Source of the DNA: Planctomycetota bacterium
GTDB taxonomy: Bacteria > Planctomycetota > UBA1135 > UBA2386
Assembly (NCBI GenBank): GCA_965223545.1
Contig: OZ245006.1
Span: 6,080,001 to 6,144,000 of the forward strand
Length of the DNA stretch: 64,000 nucleotides
Direction of reading: 5' to 3'
Below the pieces are notes generated by a model. The model did no database searches. It had not been told where the DNA came from and saw only the letters and a list, made by a program, of their open reading frames with translations. Of the stretch, positions 29,404-39,134 are shown in pieces; the stretch's first letter is position 1, and every line of letters starts with the position of its first letter. Made by a program: the position numbers and the translations under genes.

Positions 29404-32352
29404 TCACGGCCATGTTCGGATCGCGTCGACTGCGACGAACGCGCCCGGGGTCGGGTCCCGGTCGTAGACGCGGAGCTCGGCGATGCGTCCGCGCCATGGG
29501 CGGATGTCGCAGATCTCGGTGTGCATGCCGCCGCCGCCCAGGCCGCTCGCGCGCCAGACGGTTTCGCCGCCGCAGATCAGCTCGATTCCGCAGCGCTTGC
29601 GGTCCGCGTTGCCGGCGATCCGGACGCTCAGCACCGACCCGGCGAGCCGCAGCGGGGGTGAGCGCAGGGTGCCGACGCGCGGCCGCCCTTTGGGGTCGGC
29701 ACTGCTGAGCACGAACTCGCCTTGGTGGCCTCGAATTCCGGCGGGGTCGTTGGCGTCGACGCGCACGCGTCGAACGGCGCCATTGCCGTGCCAGGCGGAC
29801 AGAGCGGTGTCTTCGAAGGTGAGCGCCGCGGCGGCTCCGCGGGTGACGCTCGCCTCGACCGCCATCGGGCGCGGTTGGGCTGCGGGCATTGCCCGCAGCC
29901 AAGCAGCGCAGCGTGTCGCCTTGAGCTCCGCGCCGAGCTGCTCGTAGAACGCCAGCAACGCCGCGCCGGTTTGTCGGTCGGGCTCGGCGAAGAAGCGGCG
30001 CAACAAGCGGATCTCGAGTGTCCAGTCGCGGGCGGCGACCGCGGACCGCAGCCGATCGAGGTCGGTGTGCAGCGCCGCCAGGAGACTGTTGTCGGCGTGC
30101 GTCGCCCACACCGCCGCCAAGTAGGCTTGGTCCAGCTCGCCGCCGGCTTCGAGCGTGTGGGCGGCTCGTCGGAGCGCGTCGGCCAGGCGAGGATCGCGTG
30201 TGACGGCGGAGCCGCCGCGCCGCACGAGCTGTCGAACATCGTTCTGCATCGAACGCAGCGTGGGGTGCCGGGCCTCCGGCAGGGCGCTCGGGTAGGCGAT
30301 CGCGGCACTGCGCGGTGCCCTCGACGGCGCGGCGCGTGTCGTGATCCAGTGCCAGGAGTCGCCGTCCGTGCAGAGGCCCAGCTCGAGATCGACGCTGGCA
30401 AAGTCAGCCGATCGGGGCAGCCCGGCTCGGTCCGCTTCCAGCTCGAGATCGACCCGGTACGGCTCGCCCGGCAGCCAGTGTCGCGCGAACCACAGCGCCT
30501 TCGCCGCGCTCTCGATGCCTTGCCGTTCCGGCCGCCGGCTCAGCTTCGCCTGCAGCAAGATGGGGCCGCTCTGCCCGGTCCGCGTCGTCAGCCAGACGGT
30601 GACCCCGAGCGCATGCGGCGCGCCTCCCGTGCGCACCGTGCTGCCCACGACGTCGACCGAGTCGGTGAGCGCGATGCGCTGCAGGCGGTCGATGTCCGGA
30701 AAGTAGTCGACGAACGCCCCTCGGTGGATGCCGCGAGTCCGCGGCGCGCCGACGTCGTGGCGATGCGCGTAGCCGAGGTGCCACTCGGGCGACGCGCGCA
30801 GGCCGCGCCAGGTCTGCCCGTAGACGTTCAAGAACAGCGGCCAAGCGGGCTGCTCGTGGAACACGTGCCGATAGCGGTGGCGGTCGCGAACGCCGGAGTC
30901 CAGTCGGTGCGAGGGGGCGTAGTGGGCGAGCACCGGATCGCGGAGCCCGAGCAGGTCCAGCCCCCGAAGCTGGGCGGAAGAGGCCAATGACGGCGCGCCG
31001 AAGTCGGTCGTCGCCAGCCTGGCCACCGGAACTCCGAGGGAGTCCCGCAGCCGCTCGGTGGCTTCGACCTGGGCGAGCACGGGGCAGTAGTGGCACGGGG
31101 TCCGGTGGTCTTGACGGGCGGCGCTGCGATCGAGCACGACGTGGTCGAGGATCACCAACGCGCTCAACAGCACCGACGCGACCGCCGCGCGTGGTCGACC
31201 TGGGGTCCAGCGTTCGGTCGTGGCGGCGAGGGCCCCGACCCCCAGGGCTGCCAGCACGCCGATCGCGACCGCCGCAGGTGTGAACAACCGCCCTCCCATG
31301 GCCCGGTCACCGCCGGCCCAGACCGGAAACGCGAGGCCGACGGCGAGCACGGCCGCAAGGGCGCAACGCGGGTACCATCCGGCCGGTGGCTCCGCGCCTC
31401 CGAACCGATCGGCGCGCCACCGCCACAGCGGGACCGACCCGAGCCCGATCGCGGCGAGCACCACCATCCCAACATCGAGGTCCTGGCGCCAGAACCGCAG
31501 CAGGTAGGTGAGGCCGTCGTCGAGAGTCGTCGATTGCTTGGCCCAGTAGGTGTTGGTCACCCACGTTCCGAAATAGAGGCCGCGCGCGAGATGCAGCAGG
31601 CCCACGCCGAGGGCGAACACGCCGGCGTCGCGGAGCAGTCGTCCGCGGTCGCGAAGCGTAGCGCCGCGGGAGTCGAGCAGTCGGAGCCCGCCGAGCGCCA
31701 GTCCATAGGCGACGCCCTCCGGTCGGGTCGCCGCGACGGCGACTGCGAGCGTCGCGGCGAGGGGGAATCGGCGGGGGCGCGCCCGCTCGCGGAGGTCGGC
31801 GAGCAGCATCGCACCGAGCAGGCAGGCGAGCAGGCCGTTCTCCAGCCCGGCGGGCATCCACCGCGTGAACGCGGTCAGCGAACACGCGATCGCGGCCGGC
31901 ACCAGGTCGTGGGCGCGCACGTCGCGGCAGGCACGCCCCTCGGTCACCTGGACCAGCCGCCCCGCGAGCACCAACGCCACCCCGCCCAGGCCGACGCCGA
32001 GGGTCTTGGCGGCCAGAATCGGCTCGACGCCGACCGCGTATGCCAAAGCCAGCAGTAGCACCCAGAGCGGATTGGAGAACCCCTCGACCCGCGGGCCGCC
32101 GACGTTGGCGACCAGGCCGTGGCCGTCCACCATGTGCACAGCGTAGGCCGCGCTGATCGCGGCCTCGTCGATCGTGTAGTGCCACGAGTGGTGCAATGCC
32201 GCGCCGTACAACACGGCAGTGCCCAGCGCGACGAACACCAGACGTGCCCCGTCCGTGATCGTCGCGGGGGAGCCGGGTTCCGCCGTTCTCGCCGCGCCGG
32301 GGCGAGCAGTCAGTGTCTTGGGCAAAGGGATCACGACGCTCCGGCGCGACAT
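29404..32352 (-). CDS. Large integral membrane protein; GT-C/PMT-like N-terminus plus extracytoplasmic domains
   Basis: IDEAAIS...VEGFSNPLW, GLEN, TRPEG and NTYWAK motifs with about 10 hydrophobic segments. Start approximate. Confidence 0.68.
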   Translation of the reverse strand: MSRRSVVIPLPKTLTARPGAARTAEPGSPATITDGARLVFVALGTAVLYGAALHHSWHYTIDEAAISAAYAVHMVDGHGLVANVGGPRVEGFSNPLWVLLLALAYAVGVEPILAAKTLGVGLGGVALVLAGRLVQVTEGRACRDVRAHDLVPAAIACSLTAFTRWMPAGLENGLLACLLGAMLLADLRERARPRRFPLAATLAVAVAATRPEGVAYGLALGGLRLLDSRGATLRDRGRLLRDAGVFALGVGLLHLARGLYFGTWVTNTYWAKQSTTLDDGLTYLLRFWRQDLDVGMVVLAAIGLGSVPLWRWRADRFGGAEPPAGWYPRCALAAVLAVGLAFPVWAGGDRAMGGRLFTPAAVAIGVLAALGVGALAATTERWTPGRPRAAVASVLLSALVILDHVVLDRSAARQDHRTPCHYCPVLAQVEATERLRDSLGVPVARLATTDFGAPSLASSAQLRGLDLLGLRDPVLAHYAPSHRLDSGVRDRHRYRHVFHEQPAWPLFLNVYGQTWRGLRASPEWHLGYAHRHDVGAPRTRGIHRGAFVDYFPDIDRLQRIALTDSVDVVGSTVRTGGAPHALGVTVWLTTRTGQSGPILLQAKLSRRPERQGIESAAKALWFARHWLPGEPYRVDLELEADRAGLPRSADFASVDLELGLCTDGDSWHWITTRAAPSRAPRSAAIAYPSALPEARHPTLRSMQNDVRQLVRRGGSAVTRDPRLADALRRAAHTLEAGGELDQAYLAAVWATHADNSLLAALHTDLDRLRSAVAARDWTLEIRLLRRFFAEPDRQTGAALLAFYEQLGAELKATRCAAWLRAMPAAQPRPMAVEASVTRGAAAALTFEDTALSAWHGNGAVRRVRVDANDPAGIRGHQGEFVLSSADPKGRPRVGTLRSPPLRLAGSVLSVRIAGNADRKRCGIELICGGETVWRASGLGGGGMHTEICDIRPWRGRIAELRVYDRDPTPGAFVAVDAIRTWP

Positions 32353-32560
32353 CGGCCTGCGGAGGCCCGACCAACACGTCATTCGCGCGTTGGGGAGGAC
32401 GTCGCGCCTGGCCTGTCGTTACGCGGCCGGCGCGAATCTCGTAGAGGCGGGAGCATGGTGAGTCGCGGCGAGCGCGTCGGCGGTCGGCTCGGCCCGTTCT
32501 TGACGGGCTTGCAACGAGGCCGGGTTCCGGTTGTGCTGCGCCGTCCCGTTGGCAACCACG

Positions 32561-33463
32561 ATGAGCAACAACCCAGTGCAGTGGCGCGGCGTGATGCCGG
32601 CCATCACCACCCCCTTCGATGCCGAGGACCGCATCGATCACGATGCCGTGGGGCAGCACGTGCGCTGGCTGGTCGAGAACGGCTGCACCGGCATCGTTCC
32701 GTGCGGCTCACTGGGAGAAGGCGCGACTCTGTCCGCCGACGAGAAGATCGCCTTGGTCGAGACCTGCGTCGCCGCGGTCGGAGATCAGGTGCCGGTGATC
32801 CTCGGCGCCGCGTCGGCGAGCACCGCGGCCGCCCGCGCGCTGTGTCGCCGCGCGGTCGACGCCGGCGCCCGGGGTCTGATGCTGCTGCCGCCGTACGTGC
32901 ACAAGGGCAGCGATGCCGAGCTCGAGGCGCACTTCGAGGCGCTGCTGGATGCCACGGACGCGCCGTGCATGCTGTACAACAACCCGATCGCCTACGGCTT
33001 CGACGTGCGGCCGGAACGGATCGAGGTGCTGGCCGGGCGCTATGACACGCTGCAGGCGGTCAAGGAGTCGAGCGGCGACGTGCGGAGGGTCACCGCGGTG
33101 CGCGCGCTGTGTGGTGATCGGCTGGCGCTGTTCGCGGGTCTCGACGACATGATCGTCGAAGCCGTCGCGATGGGGGCGCAGGGCTGGATCGCCGGCTTGG
33201 TGAACGCGCTGCCCGCGGAATCGGTGCGCTTGTTCGAGCTCGCGCGTGCTGGGCGAGCGGACGAGGCGTTTGCGCTCTACCGGTGGTTCCTACCGCTGCT
33301 GCGGCTCGACACCGTGCCGGAGTTCGTGCAGTGGATCAAGCTGGTGCAGGCGGAGGTCGGGCACGGGACGGAGCGCGTGCGCGCGCCGCGCCAGCCGATT
33401 GCTGGCGCCGAGCGCGAGTCGGGGCTCGCGATGATCCGCGCGCAGTTGGCGATGTCGCGTTGA
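32561..33463 (+). CDS. Dihydrodipicolinate synthase family protein (hydroxyproline-pathway deaminase-like)
   Basis: GVMPAITTPF, GSLGEG, LYNNP, VKESSGD (Schiff-base Lys) and GWIAGLVNA motifs. Confidence 0.88.
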   Translation: MSNNPVQWRGVMPAITTPFDAEDRIDHDAVGQHVRWLVENGCTGIVPCGSLGEGATLSADEKIALVETCVAAVGDQVPVILGAASASTAAARALCRRAVDAGARGLMLLPPYVHKGSDAELEAHFEALLDATDAPCMLYNNPIAYGFDVRPERIEVLAGRYDTLQAVKESSGDVRRVTAVRALCGDRLALFAGLDDMIVEAVAMGAQGWIAGLVNALPAESVRLFELARAGRADEAFALYRWFLPLLRLDTVPEFVQWIKLVQAEVGHGTERVRAPRQPIAGAERESGLAMIRAQLAMSR

Positions 33464-33467
33464 GGCG

Positions 33468-33746
33468 TCAGGCGGGGTAGCAGAGCTCGTACGTTGTGTT
33501 GTCCGGTCGCTGCCAGACCTCGCAGCGACAGGCCATCCACTGCCCATTGATCTCGCAGTCCTTGTAGATGATCTCGATCAGCTGATCGCCCTCCGAGTCC
33601 TCGGTCCACGTCGCGCTGCTGGTATCGCGGTTGACGAACTTCAAGAGGTCGGCCAGCAGCGTGACCATCTTCTGGCGGTTGCGGATCGGCGGATTCAGTA
33701 GCCGGATCCGCAGGAGGTTCTCTTCGCGTCGAACGTTGTCAGTCAT
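33468..33746 (-). CDS. Small hypothetical protein, 92 aa, Cys-containing C-terminus
   Basis: AAGGAGA RBS before ATG; balanced composition unlike shadow ORFs; co-oriented with the upstream kinase operon. Confidence 0.6.
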   Translation of the reverse strand: MTDNVRREENLLRIRLLNPPIRNRQKMVTLLADLLKFVNRDTSSATWTEDSEGDQLIEIIYKDCEINGQWMACRCEVWQRPDNTTYELCYPA

Positions 33747-33890
33747 GGGTTCTCCTTGCGAGGCGCGTGCGCGGTCGGAGTCCGGCGTACCGAGGGCGGG
33801 AGCCCGGACGCCGCCGCGGAGGGCGCGAACTAACCCCTCAAACGAGCGGTGCCGCGAACTCGGACGCGAGAAAGCGAAGAAACCTCGCGG

Positions 33891-36266
33891 CTATTGCCAG
33901 GCGCGCTCCGCGGATTTGCCGCAGCGAATTCCGCCGACGTTCTGACTGATGGCCAACGATGCGATGCGGTTGGCGGAATGTGCTGTGGGGCCGAATCTGC
34001 CGCCCGCTGAGCCTCCGCGAGCGACGCGAAACCCATCGATTGTTCTAGTCCCGCCGCGATGTGCTTGCGGCGCGTAGTCACGTGGTACGCGCCAGCGGTC
34101 GAGGGTCCACTCGGTGACGTTGCCTGCCATGTGCAGGACGCCCAGCCAACTGGAGTCCCTGCCGAAGGCCTGGTGCACGGGCACCAATGGGCGTTCCGAC
34201 CTGTCGGATCGATTGCCTGGACCCCCGGGGCCGACGTTGGCGTAGCTGAGATCGAACGTGTTCCCCCATGGGTAGAGCCGCGATTCCTGCCCGCGCGCAG
34301 CGACTTCCCACTCGATCTCAGTGAGTAGGCGTTTGCCGGCCCATTCGGCGTAGTCCACGGCATCCTGCCAGGAAACGCCGCAGACGGGCAGGTAGTCCGC
34401 TCCCGCGGGGAACGCGTCTCCGTTCCAACCGGCCGGTGGGACCCGGTTGGTGGCACGCACGAACTCCTGGTACTCCACGTTGCTGACTTCGTAGGTGTCG
34501 ATCCAGAACGGCGCCACGGTGACCTCGCGCGGCATCAGTGTGAGTGTGCGGGCTCCGGTGCGCTCGAGGCCGATGCGGTAGGTCCCCCCGGAGACCAAGC
34601 GCATGTCCTTGTAGGCGGTGGCGTTCGGGGTGATGTGCCCTTCGATCGAGACGAACGGCTGGTCGGCAGTCAGGTCGGTCGCGATCTCCGCAAAGCCGAA
34701 CCCAGGCCGCTCGACCACGACGAGGTAGTCACCGGGAGGGGCGACCGCGCGCAGCTCGCCGGATTCTGGCACCTCGTCGAGAAGCCCCGCGTTGACCAGA
34801 TCGCCGTCTTCGGTCTGTTTCCGCAGCCAGACGCGATCGCCCGGCGCGGAGTGCACATGCAGCCACGCACCACCTGAGGCCCGCGACAGCGCCGCGTGCA
34901 GCTCGGGCGTCGACTTGATGTCGATGGCCTGCGCCAACAGGATGCCGGCGCGCATCGGCTCCCCGCGATCGAGCAGCTCCAGCCCGTCGGCGCTCAGCTG
35001 ATGCCACCTCTCTTCGCGCGCGCTGTAGTGCATGTAAGCCCAGCTGGACAGCGCCAGTGCCAGCACGGCGCCGATCCCGAAGCCGATCGCGTGCCGGCGC
35101 GCGAGTTCGAGCCACTGGCCCCAGGCCGTCGGCAGGGTCGCGATGATCGGTGCATGCCGCAGGAAGCGCCGCAGCTCCTCGGCGAGTTCGCCGGCGTGGC
35201 GGTAGCGCTTCTTCGGGTCGGCGGCGATGGCGCGGCGGACGATGGCCCGCAGCGCCGGCGGGAGCTGTGGCACGACCCCGACCGGATCCGGCGCCGGGTA
35301 CCGCTGGATGTGCTGCAGGATGGCGTCTGCCGAGGATCCGGGATGCGGCAGCTGCAGGGTCAGCAGCTCGAACAGGGTCACTCCGAGCGAGTAGACGTCG
35401 GAGCGGGCGTTGGCGGGACCGCCCCGCAACAGCTCGGGGCTCATGTAGTGCAGCGTGCCGAGGCGATCGCCGGTCTGCGTCGTGCGCGTGCCTTCGGGAT
35501 CCGTGGCGAGGCCGAAGTCGCACAGGAACGGCGTGCCGCGATGGTCGAGCAAGATGTTCTGCGGCTTGATGTCGCGGTGGAACACCTTGTTGAGGTTGAG
35601 GAAGTGCACCGCATCCGCGACTTCCGAGATCACCCGCGCCACGGAGGCGAAGTAACCCCGCGTCGCCGGCGTCGCCCACGGAACGTCGTCCTCGGGATGG
35701 TCGTCACCGCCAGGCGCGGCCATTGCTTGGTCGATCAGTGCACGGACGCTGAGGTCGTCGCCCACGCGCCCGTGCTCTGCGCGGATCTTGCCCAGGAGCT
35801 GCCCCGCGCTGATCCCGTCGATGTACTGCATGGCGATGAACGCACAGCTGTCGACCTCGCCGGTCTCGTACACCGTCGTCATGTTCGGGTGGCGCAGGCG
35901 CGCGGCCACGTTCGCCTCGCGGTGGAACATCCGCACGCGGCTCGGCGACAGGGCGTCGGCGCCGCCCAGCAGCTTCAGCGCCACCGTGCGACCGGACCGG
36001 TTGTGCTGCGCCAAGAACACGCTGCCCATGCCACCACGGCCGATCTTGCGGAGCAGACGGTAGTCTCCGATCTCGCGACGAGTGGGCACCCGCTCGTCGC
36101 GCGCGGCCAACTGCCAAAGCATGTCCGCAGTGGCGAACTGCTCGATCAGCTCTTGGCTGTGCTCCGGGTGGGCAAGCAGGTAGCCCTCGACGTCCGCGGC
36201 CTCACCCTGTAGCCGGCGGCCGACGTAGTCGCTGACGACGTGGTCGACGGTCGCTTCGTTCGGCAT
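33891..36266 (-). CDS. Ser/Thr kinase - TM - formylglycine-generating enzyme (SUMF1)-like domain
   Basis: GRGGMGSV, HRDIKPQN, DFG and YMSPE; then YEVSN, RLLTEIEWEVAARG, YPWG, MAGNVTEW, RGGS. RBS GAAGGAG before ATG 36266. Confidence 0.9.
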   Translation of the reverse strand: MPNEATVDHVVSDYVGRRLQGEAADVEGYLLAHPEHSQELIEQFATADMLWQLAARDERVPTRREIGDYRLLRKIGRGGMGSVFLAQHNRSGRTVALKLLGGADALSPSRVRMFHREANVAARLRHPNMTTVYETGEVDSCAFIAMQYIDGISAGQLLGKIRAEHGRVGDDLSVRALIDQAMAAPGGDDHPEDDVPWATPATRGYFASVARVISEVADAVHFLNLNKVFHRDIKPQNILLDHRGTPFLCDFGLATDPEGTRTTQTGDRLGTLHYMSPELLRGGPANARSDVYSLGVTLFELLTLQLPHPGSSADAILQHIQRYPAPDPVGVVPQLPPALRAIVRRAIAADPKKRYRHAGELAEELRRFLRHAPIIATLPTAWGQWLELARRHAIGFGIGAVLALALSSWAYMHYSAREERWHQLSADGLELLDRGEPMRAGILLAQAIDIKSTPELHAALSRASGGAWLHVHSAPGDRVWLRKQTEDGDLVNAGLLDEVPESGELRAVAPPGDYLVVVERPGFGFAEIATDLTADQPFVSIEGHITPNATAYKDMRLVSGGTYRIGLERTGARTLTLMPREVTVAPFWIDTYEVSNVEYQEFVRATNRVPPAGWNGDAFPAGADYLPVCGVSWQDAVDYAEWAGKRLLTEIEWEVAARGQESRLYPWGNTFDLSYANVGPGGPGNRSDRSERPLVPVHQAFGRDSSWLGVLHMAGNVTEWTLDRWRVPRDYAPQAHRGGTRTIDGFRVARGGSAGGRFGPTAHSANRIASLAISQNVGGIRCGKSAERAWQ

Positions 36267-36933
36267 GATGGATCTCCTTCGGATCCGGAGGTGGGAGTTC
36301 GATGTTGTCTCGGATGTCCGGCTCGAGCCGGAGCTTGTCACCGGCCTTCTTCAGCGCGCGTCGCAACCGGGCTCGGGCGGCACCATCGCTGATGCCCAGC
36401 CGTACTGCGATCTCAGCGGGCGTCAGGTGTTCGACGAACGTGAGCACCAGCAGTGTGCGGTACTTCGGGTCGAGGCTGCCGAGCACACGGTCGAGGGTGG
36501 CGTCTCGCTGTTGTTCGCGGTAGGCAGTCGAAGCTCCGCGTTGCTCGGCGACGATCAAGTCGCGTTGCTGTGCGGCGCGGCTGCCACTGCCGGCGGTGGT
36601 CTCGAGGGAGAGCAGCACTCCGGGCCGCGAGGCGCTCTTGAAGTGCTGTCGGAACAGGTCGTTCACGCGGCTCTGGGCGACCTTGCGCAACCACGCCGTG
36701 AACGCGGGCGTTGCCCGGAAGTCCATCTGCTCGACGCAGCGGTAGGCAGTGAGCCACACCTGCTGCACCACGTCCTCGACCTCGACGACCTGGCTCAGGG
36801 GCGGCTGGAGGTGGTGGGTGACCTCGGCGGTCACGGTTTCGCCAAATTCCTGCACCAGCTCCTCGAACCGCTCGAGATCGCCGGCGCGGACCGCCGCGAG
36901 AATCGCTACCAGGGCGTCGGACATGGGGAACAC
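36202..36933 (-). CDS. ECF sigma-70 factor upstream of the kinase
   Basis: EDVVQQVW...FTAWLRKVA (region 2); LTPAEIAVRLGISDGAARARLRRA (region 4). Confidence 0.85.
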   Translation of the reverse strand: MFPMSDALVAILAAVRAGDLERFEELVQEFGETVTAEVTHHLQPPLSQVVEVEDVVQQVWLTAYRCVEQMDFRATPAFTAWLRKVAQSRVNDLFRQHFKSASRPGVLLSLETTAGSGSRAAQQRDLIVAEQRGASTAYREQQRDATLDRVLGSLDPKYRTLLVLTFVEHLTPAEIAVRLGISDGAARARLRRALKKAGDKLRLEPDIRDNIELPPPDPKEIHHAERSDRRPRRQRLRRPPATG

Positions 36934-37120
36934 TCTCCGAAACGGGAGGGCGCGCGCAGGCGCGCGCGGATTCCGGACTTTCTGTCTACAAGATTACAGG
37001 CGATCGGGCCTCGGCGCTGATTGCGCAGGAGAGTAAACACAAAGGCCTCGACCCCGGGCTGGCCGATACCAGGCGTGCAGACCCTTACGCCCCACCCTGC
37101 TGCCGATCTCCTCGCCTGCT

Positions 37121-38692
37121 GTGTCTCCAACTCGGCGTTGCCGTGGCCTGTTGCTGATCGTCGCGCTCACCATCGGTGTGTACGCGCCCTCGGTCGGCAA
37201 CGGCTTTGCCATGGACGACGCCGCCGCCGCGGCGGCGGTCGACGCGGACGGCGTCCCGCGTCCCTTTGTCGGCACGCTGCAACCGCTCGGCGACTACTTC
37301 AACGCCAACTACCACGCCGGGACCGGCCACCAGACCGCGCTGTATCGGCCGGTGACGATCCTCAGCTACGCCGCCGTCAACGCCCTGCGGCGCGGCGCCG
37401 TCGATCCCCGGCTCGAGGCCGTCCCGCACCACGCCGTCAACGTCCTGCTGCACGCGTTGGCCACGCTCTTGGTGTTTGCGTTGGTGGCGGGCTTGCGGGT
37501 GAGTGGCGGTGCTGCGCTGGCGGCGGCAGCGGTGTTCGGTCTGCACGCGATCCACAGCGAGGTGGTGGCGGGCGTGGTCGGCCGCGCCGAGCTGCTCGGC
37601 TTCACAGGGGGCGCCCTCGCCTGCCTCGTCCTGGCGCGCGCCGCGCGCGCGGGGCGGGCCGCTGCGGTGGCGTGGTCGGGCTTGGGCGCGATCGCCGCGT
37701 TCATGGCGTTCGGCGCCAAGGAGAACGCGCTCGCTTGGGCGGCGGTTGCGCCGGTCTATGTCGCCTGCGTCCACCGGCGCGCGCTCGCCGGCGTGCGATC
37801 GGCCGCCGTGCTCGCGGTGCCGGCGGTCATCTATCTCTACCTCCGCGCGCGCATGATCGCGGCCCTGCCGGATGGTCCGCTGCCGATCGAGTACGTCGCC
37901 AACCCTCTCTGGCACGCCGACGCGCTTCAGCGCTGCTGCGGCGCGGTGGCGCTGTGGGCGTACGGTCTACTGAAGGTGCTGCTGCCGGTTGCCCTCTACG
38001 CCGACTACGGCCCCGCCGCGACTGCGCTGCCGTCGAGCGTAGCGGACGCGCGCGCCGTCGGTGCGGCCGTCCTGCTGCTGCTCACGGTGGTCGGGGCCGC
38101 CTGGGCAGCGCGGCGTCACCCGCTGCTTTGCCTGGCCGCCGTGGTCTTCTTCGGCTTCAGCGCGGTGATCTCCAACGTCCCCTTCGCCATCGGCACGCTG
38201 TTCGGCGAGCGCCTGTACTACAGCCCCAGCCTGGGCGCGGCGCTGCTGGCAGCGGGCGTGTGGCAAGCGTGGCGCTGGCGCCGCGGCGTGCTCGTGCTCT
38301 TGCTCGGAGCGTGGCTGGGGTGGAACGCGCAGCTGATCTGGGCGCGCAACCCGGTCTGGGCCAACGACGCGGCGTTGTTCCTGCACGAAGCGGAGCACAA
38401 CCCCGACTGCGTGCGCGTGCTGGTGTGCGCTGCCGGCGTGCACATCGAGCGCGGCGACCTGGCCCTCGCCGAGGGGTGCCTGCGGCGGGCGACCGAGATC
38501 GAGCCCAACTACGCGGTGGCGCAGAACAGCCTGGCGTTCGTGTTGCTCAACCGCGGTGATCTCACCGGCGCGGAGATCGCGCTCGATGCAGCCGCCGCAG
38601 CGCGCTACCGCAGCCCGGGAGTCGACGTGCTGATCGCCCACAACCACGCGGCGTTGCAGCGTGCGCGGGGGGCGGCGGCGACGCCGCGCTGA
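37121..38692 (+). CDS. TMTC/DUF1736-like membrane protein with a TPR tail (putative O-mannosyltransferase-like)
   Basis: MDD, YRPVT, HAVNVLLH, HAIHSEVVAGVVGRAELL, KE, GERLYY and RNPVW motifs, then TPR-like helices. Confidence 0.8.
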   Translation: MSPTRRCRGLLLIVALTIGVYAPSVGNGFAMDDAAAAAAVDADGVPRPFVGTLQPLGDYFNANYHAGTGHQTALYRPVTILSYAAVNALRRGAVDPRLEAVPHHAVNVLLHALATLLVFALVAGLRVSGGAALAAAAVFGLHAIHSEVVAGVVGRAELLGFTGGALACLVLARAARAGRAAAVAWSGLGAIAAFMAFGAKENALAWAAVAPVYVACVHRRALAGVRSAAVLAVPAVIYLYLRARMIAALPDGPLPIEYVANPLWHADALQRCCGAVALWAYGLLKVLLPVALYADYGPAATALPSSVADARAVGAAVLLLLTVVGAAWAARRHPLLCLAAVVFFGFSAVISNVPFAIGTLFGERLYYSPSLGAALLAAGVWQAWRWRRGVLVLLLGAWLGWNAQLIWARNPVWANDAALFLHEAEHNPDCVRVLVCAAGVHIERGDLALAEGCLRRATEIEPNYAVAQNSLAFVLLNRGDLTGAEIALDAAAAARYRSPGVDVLIAHNHAALQRARGAAATPR

Positions 38693-38743
38693 TCGCGAAT
38701 CCTGCGGGTGTGGTCCGTCGCTCGCCCGTAGGATGATGGGTCC

Positions 38744-39124
38744 ATGCTAGTTCTCATCGCGCAGACGGCGATTCCCTCCGAGTTCTACAGAATCACCCAC
38801 CTCGTCGGGCTGATGCTGCTGTTCATGGGGTTGGGTGCAATGTACCTCGGAACCAAGGGCGACGGCGGCCGACGCTCGGCGATGGGGTTCGCTCTGCACG
38901 GCCTCGGTGTCGTGGCAATGTTGGTTGCGGGCTTCGGTCTGTTGCCGAGCAAGGGAGTCAGCTGGCCGTGGCCGGGATGGGTGTGGATCAAAGTATCAGT
39001 TTGGTTGGTCTTGGCGTTGCTGCCGTTGTTGGTCAAGCGCAAGCTGCTACCGGTGGGATTGGTTTGGGTGGTGGCGCTCGGCCTCGGCGGGGTGGCCGCT
39101 TGGGCGGTGACCTACCTGGCCTAG
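38744..39124 (+). CDS. Small four-TM membrane protein
   Basis: Four hydrophobic helices with YRITHL, HGLG and WPGWVWIK. Confidence 0.65.
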   Translation: MLVLIAQTAIPSEFYRITHLVGLMLLFMGLGAMYLGTKGDGGRRSAMGFALHGLGVVAMLVAGFGLLPSKGVSWPWPGWVWIKVSVWLVLALLPLLVKRKLLPVGLVWVVALGLGGVAAWAVTYLA

Positions 39125-39134
39125 GGGCGACCCA

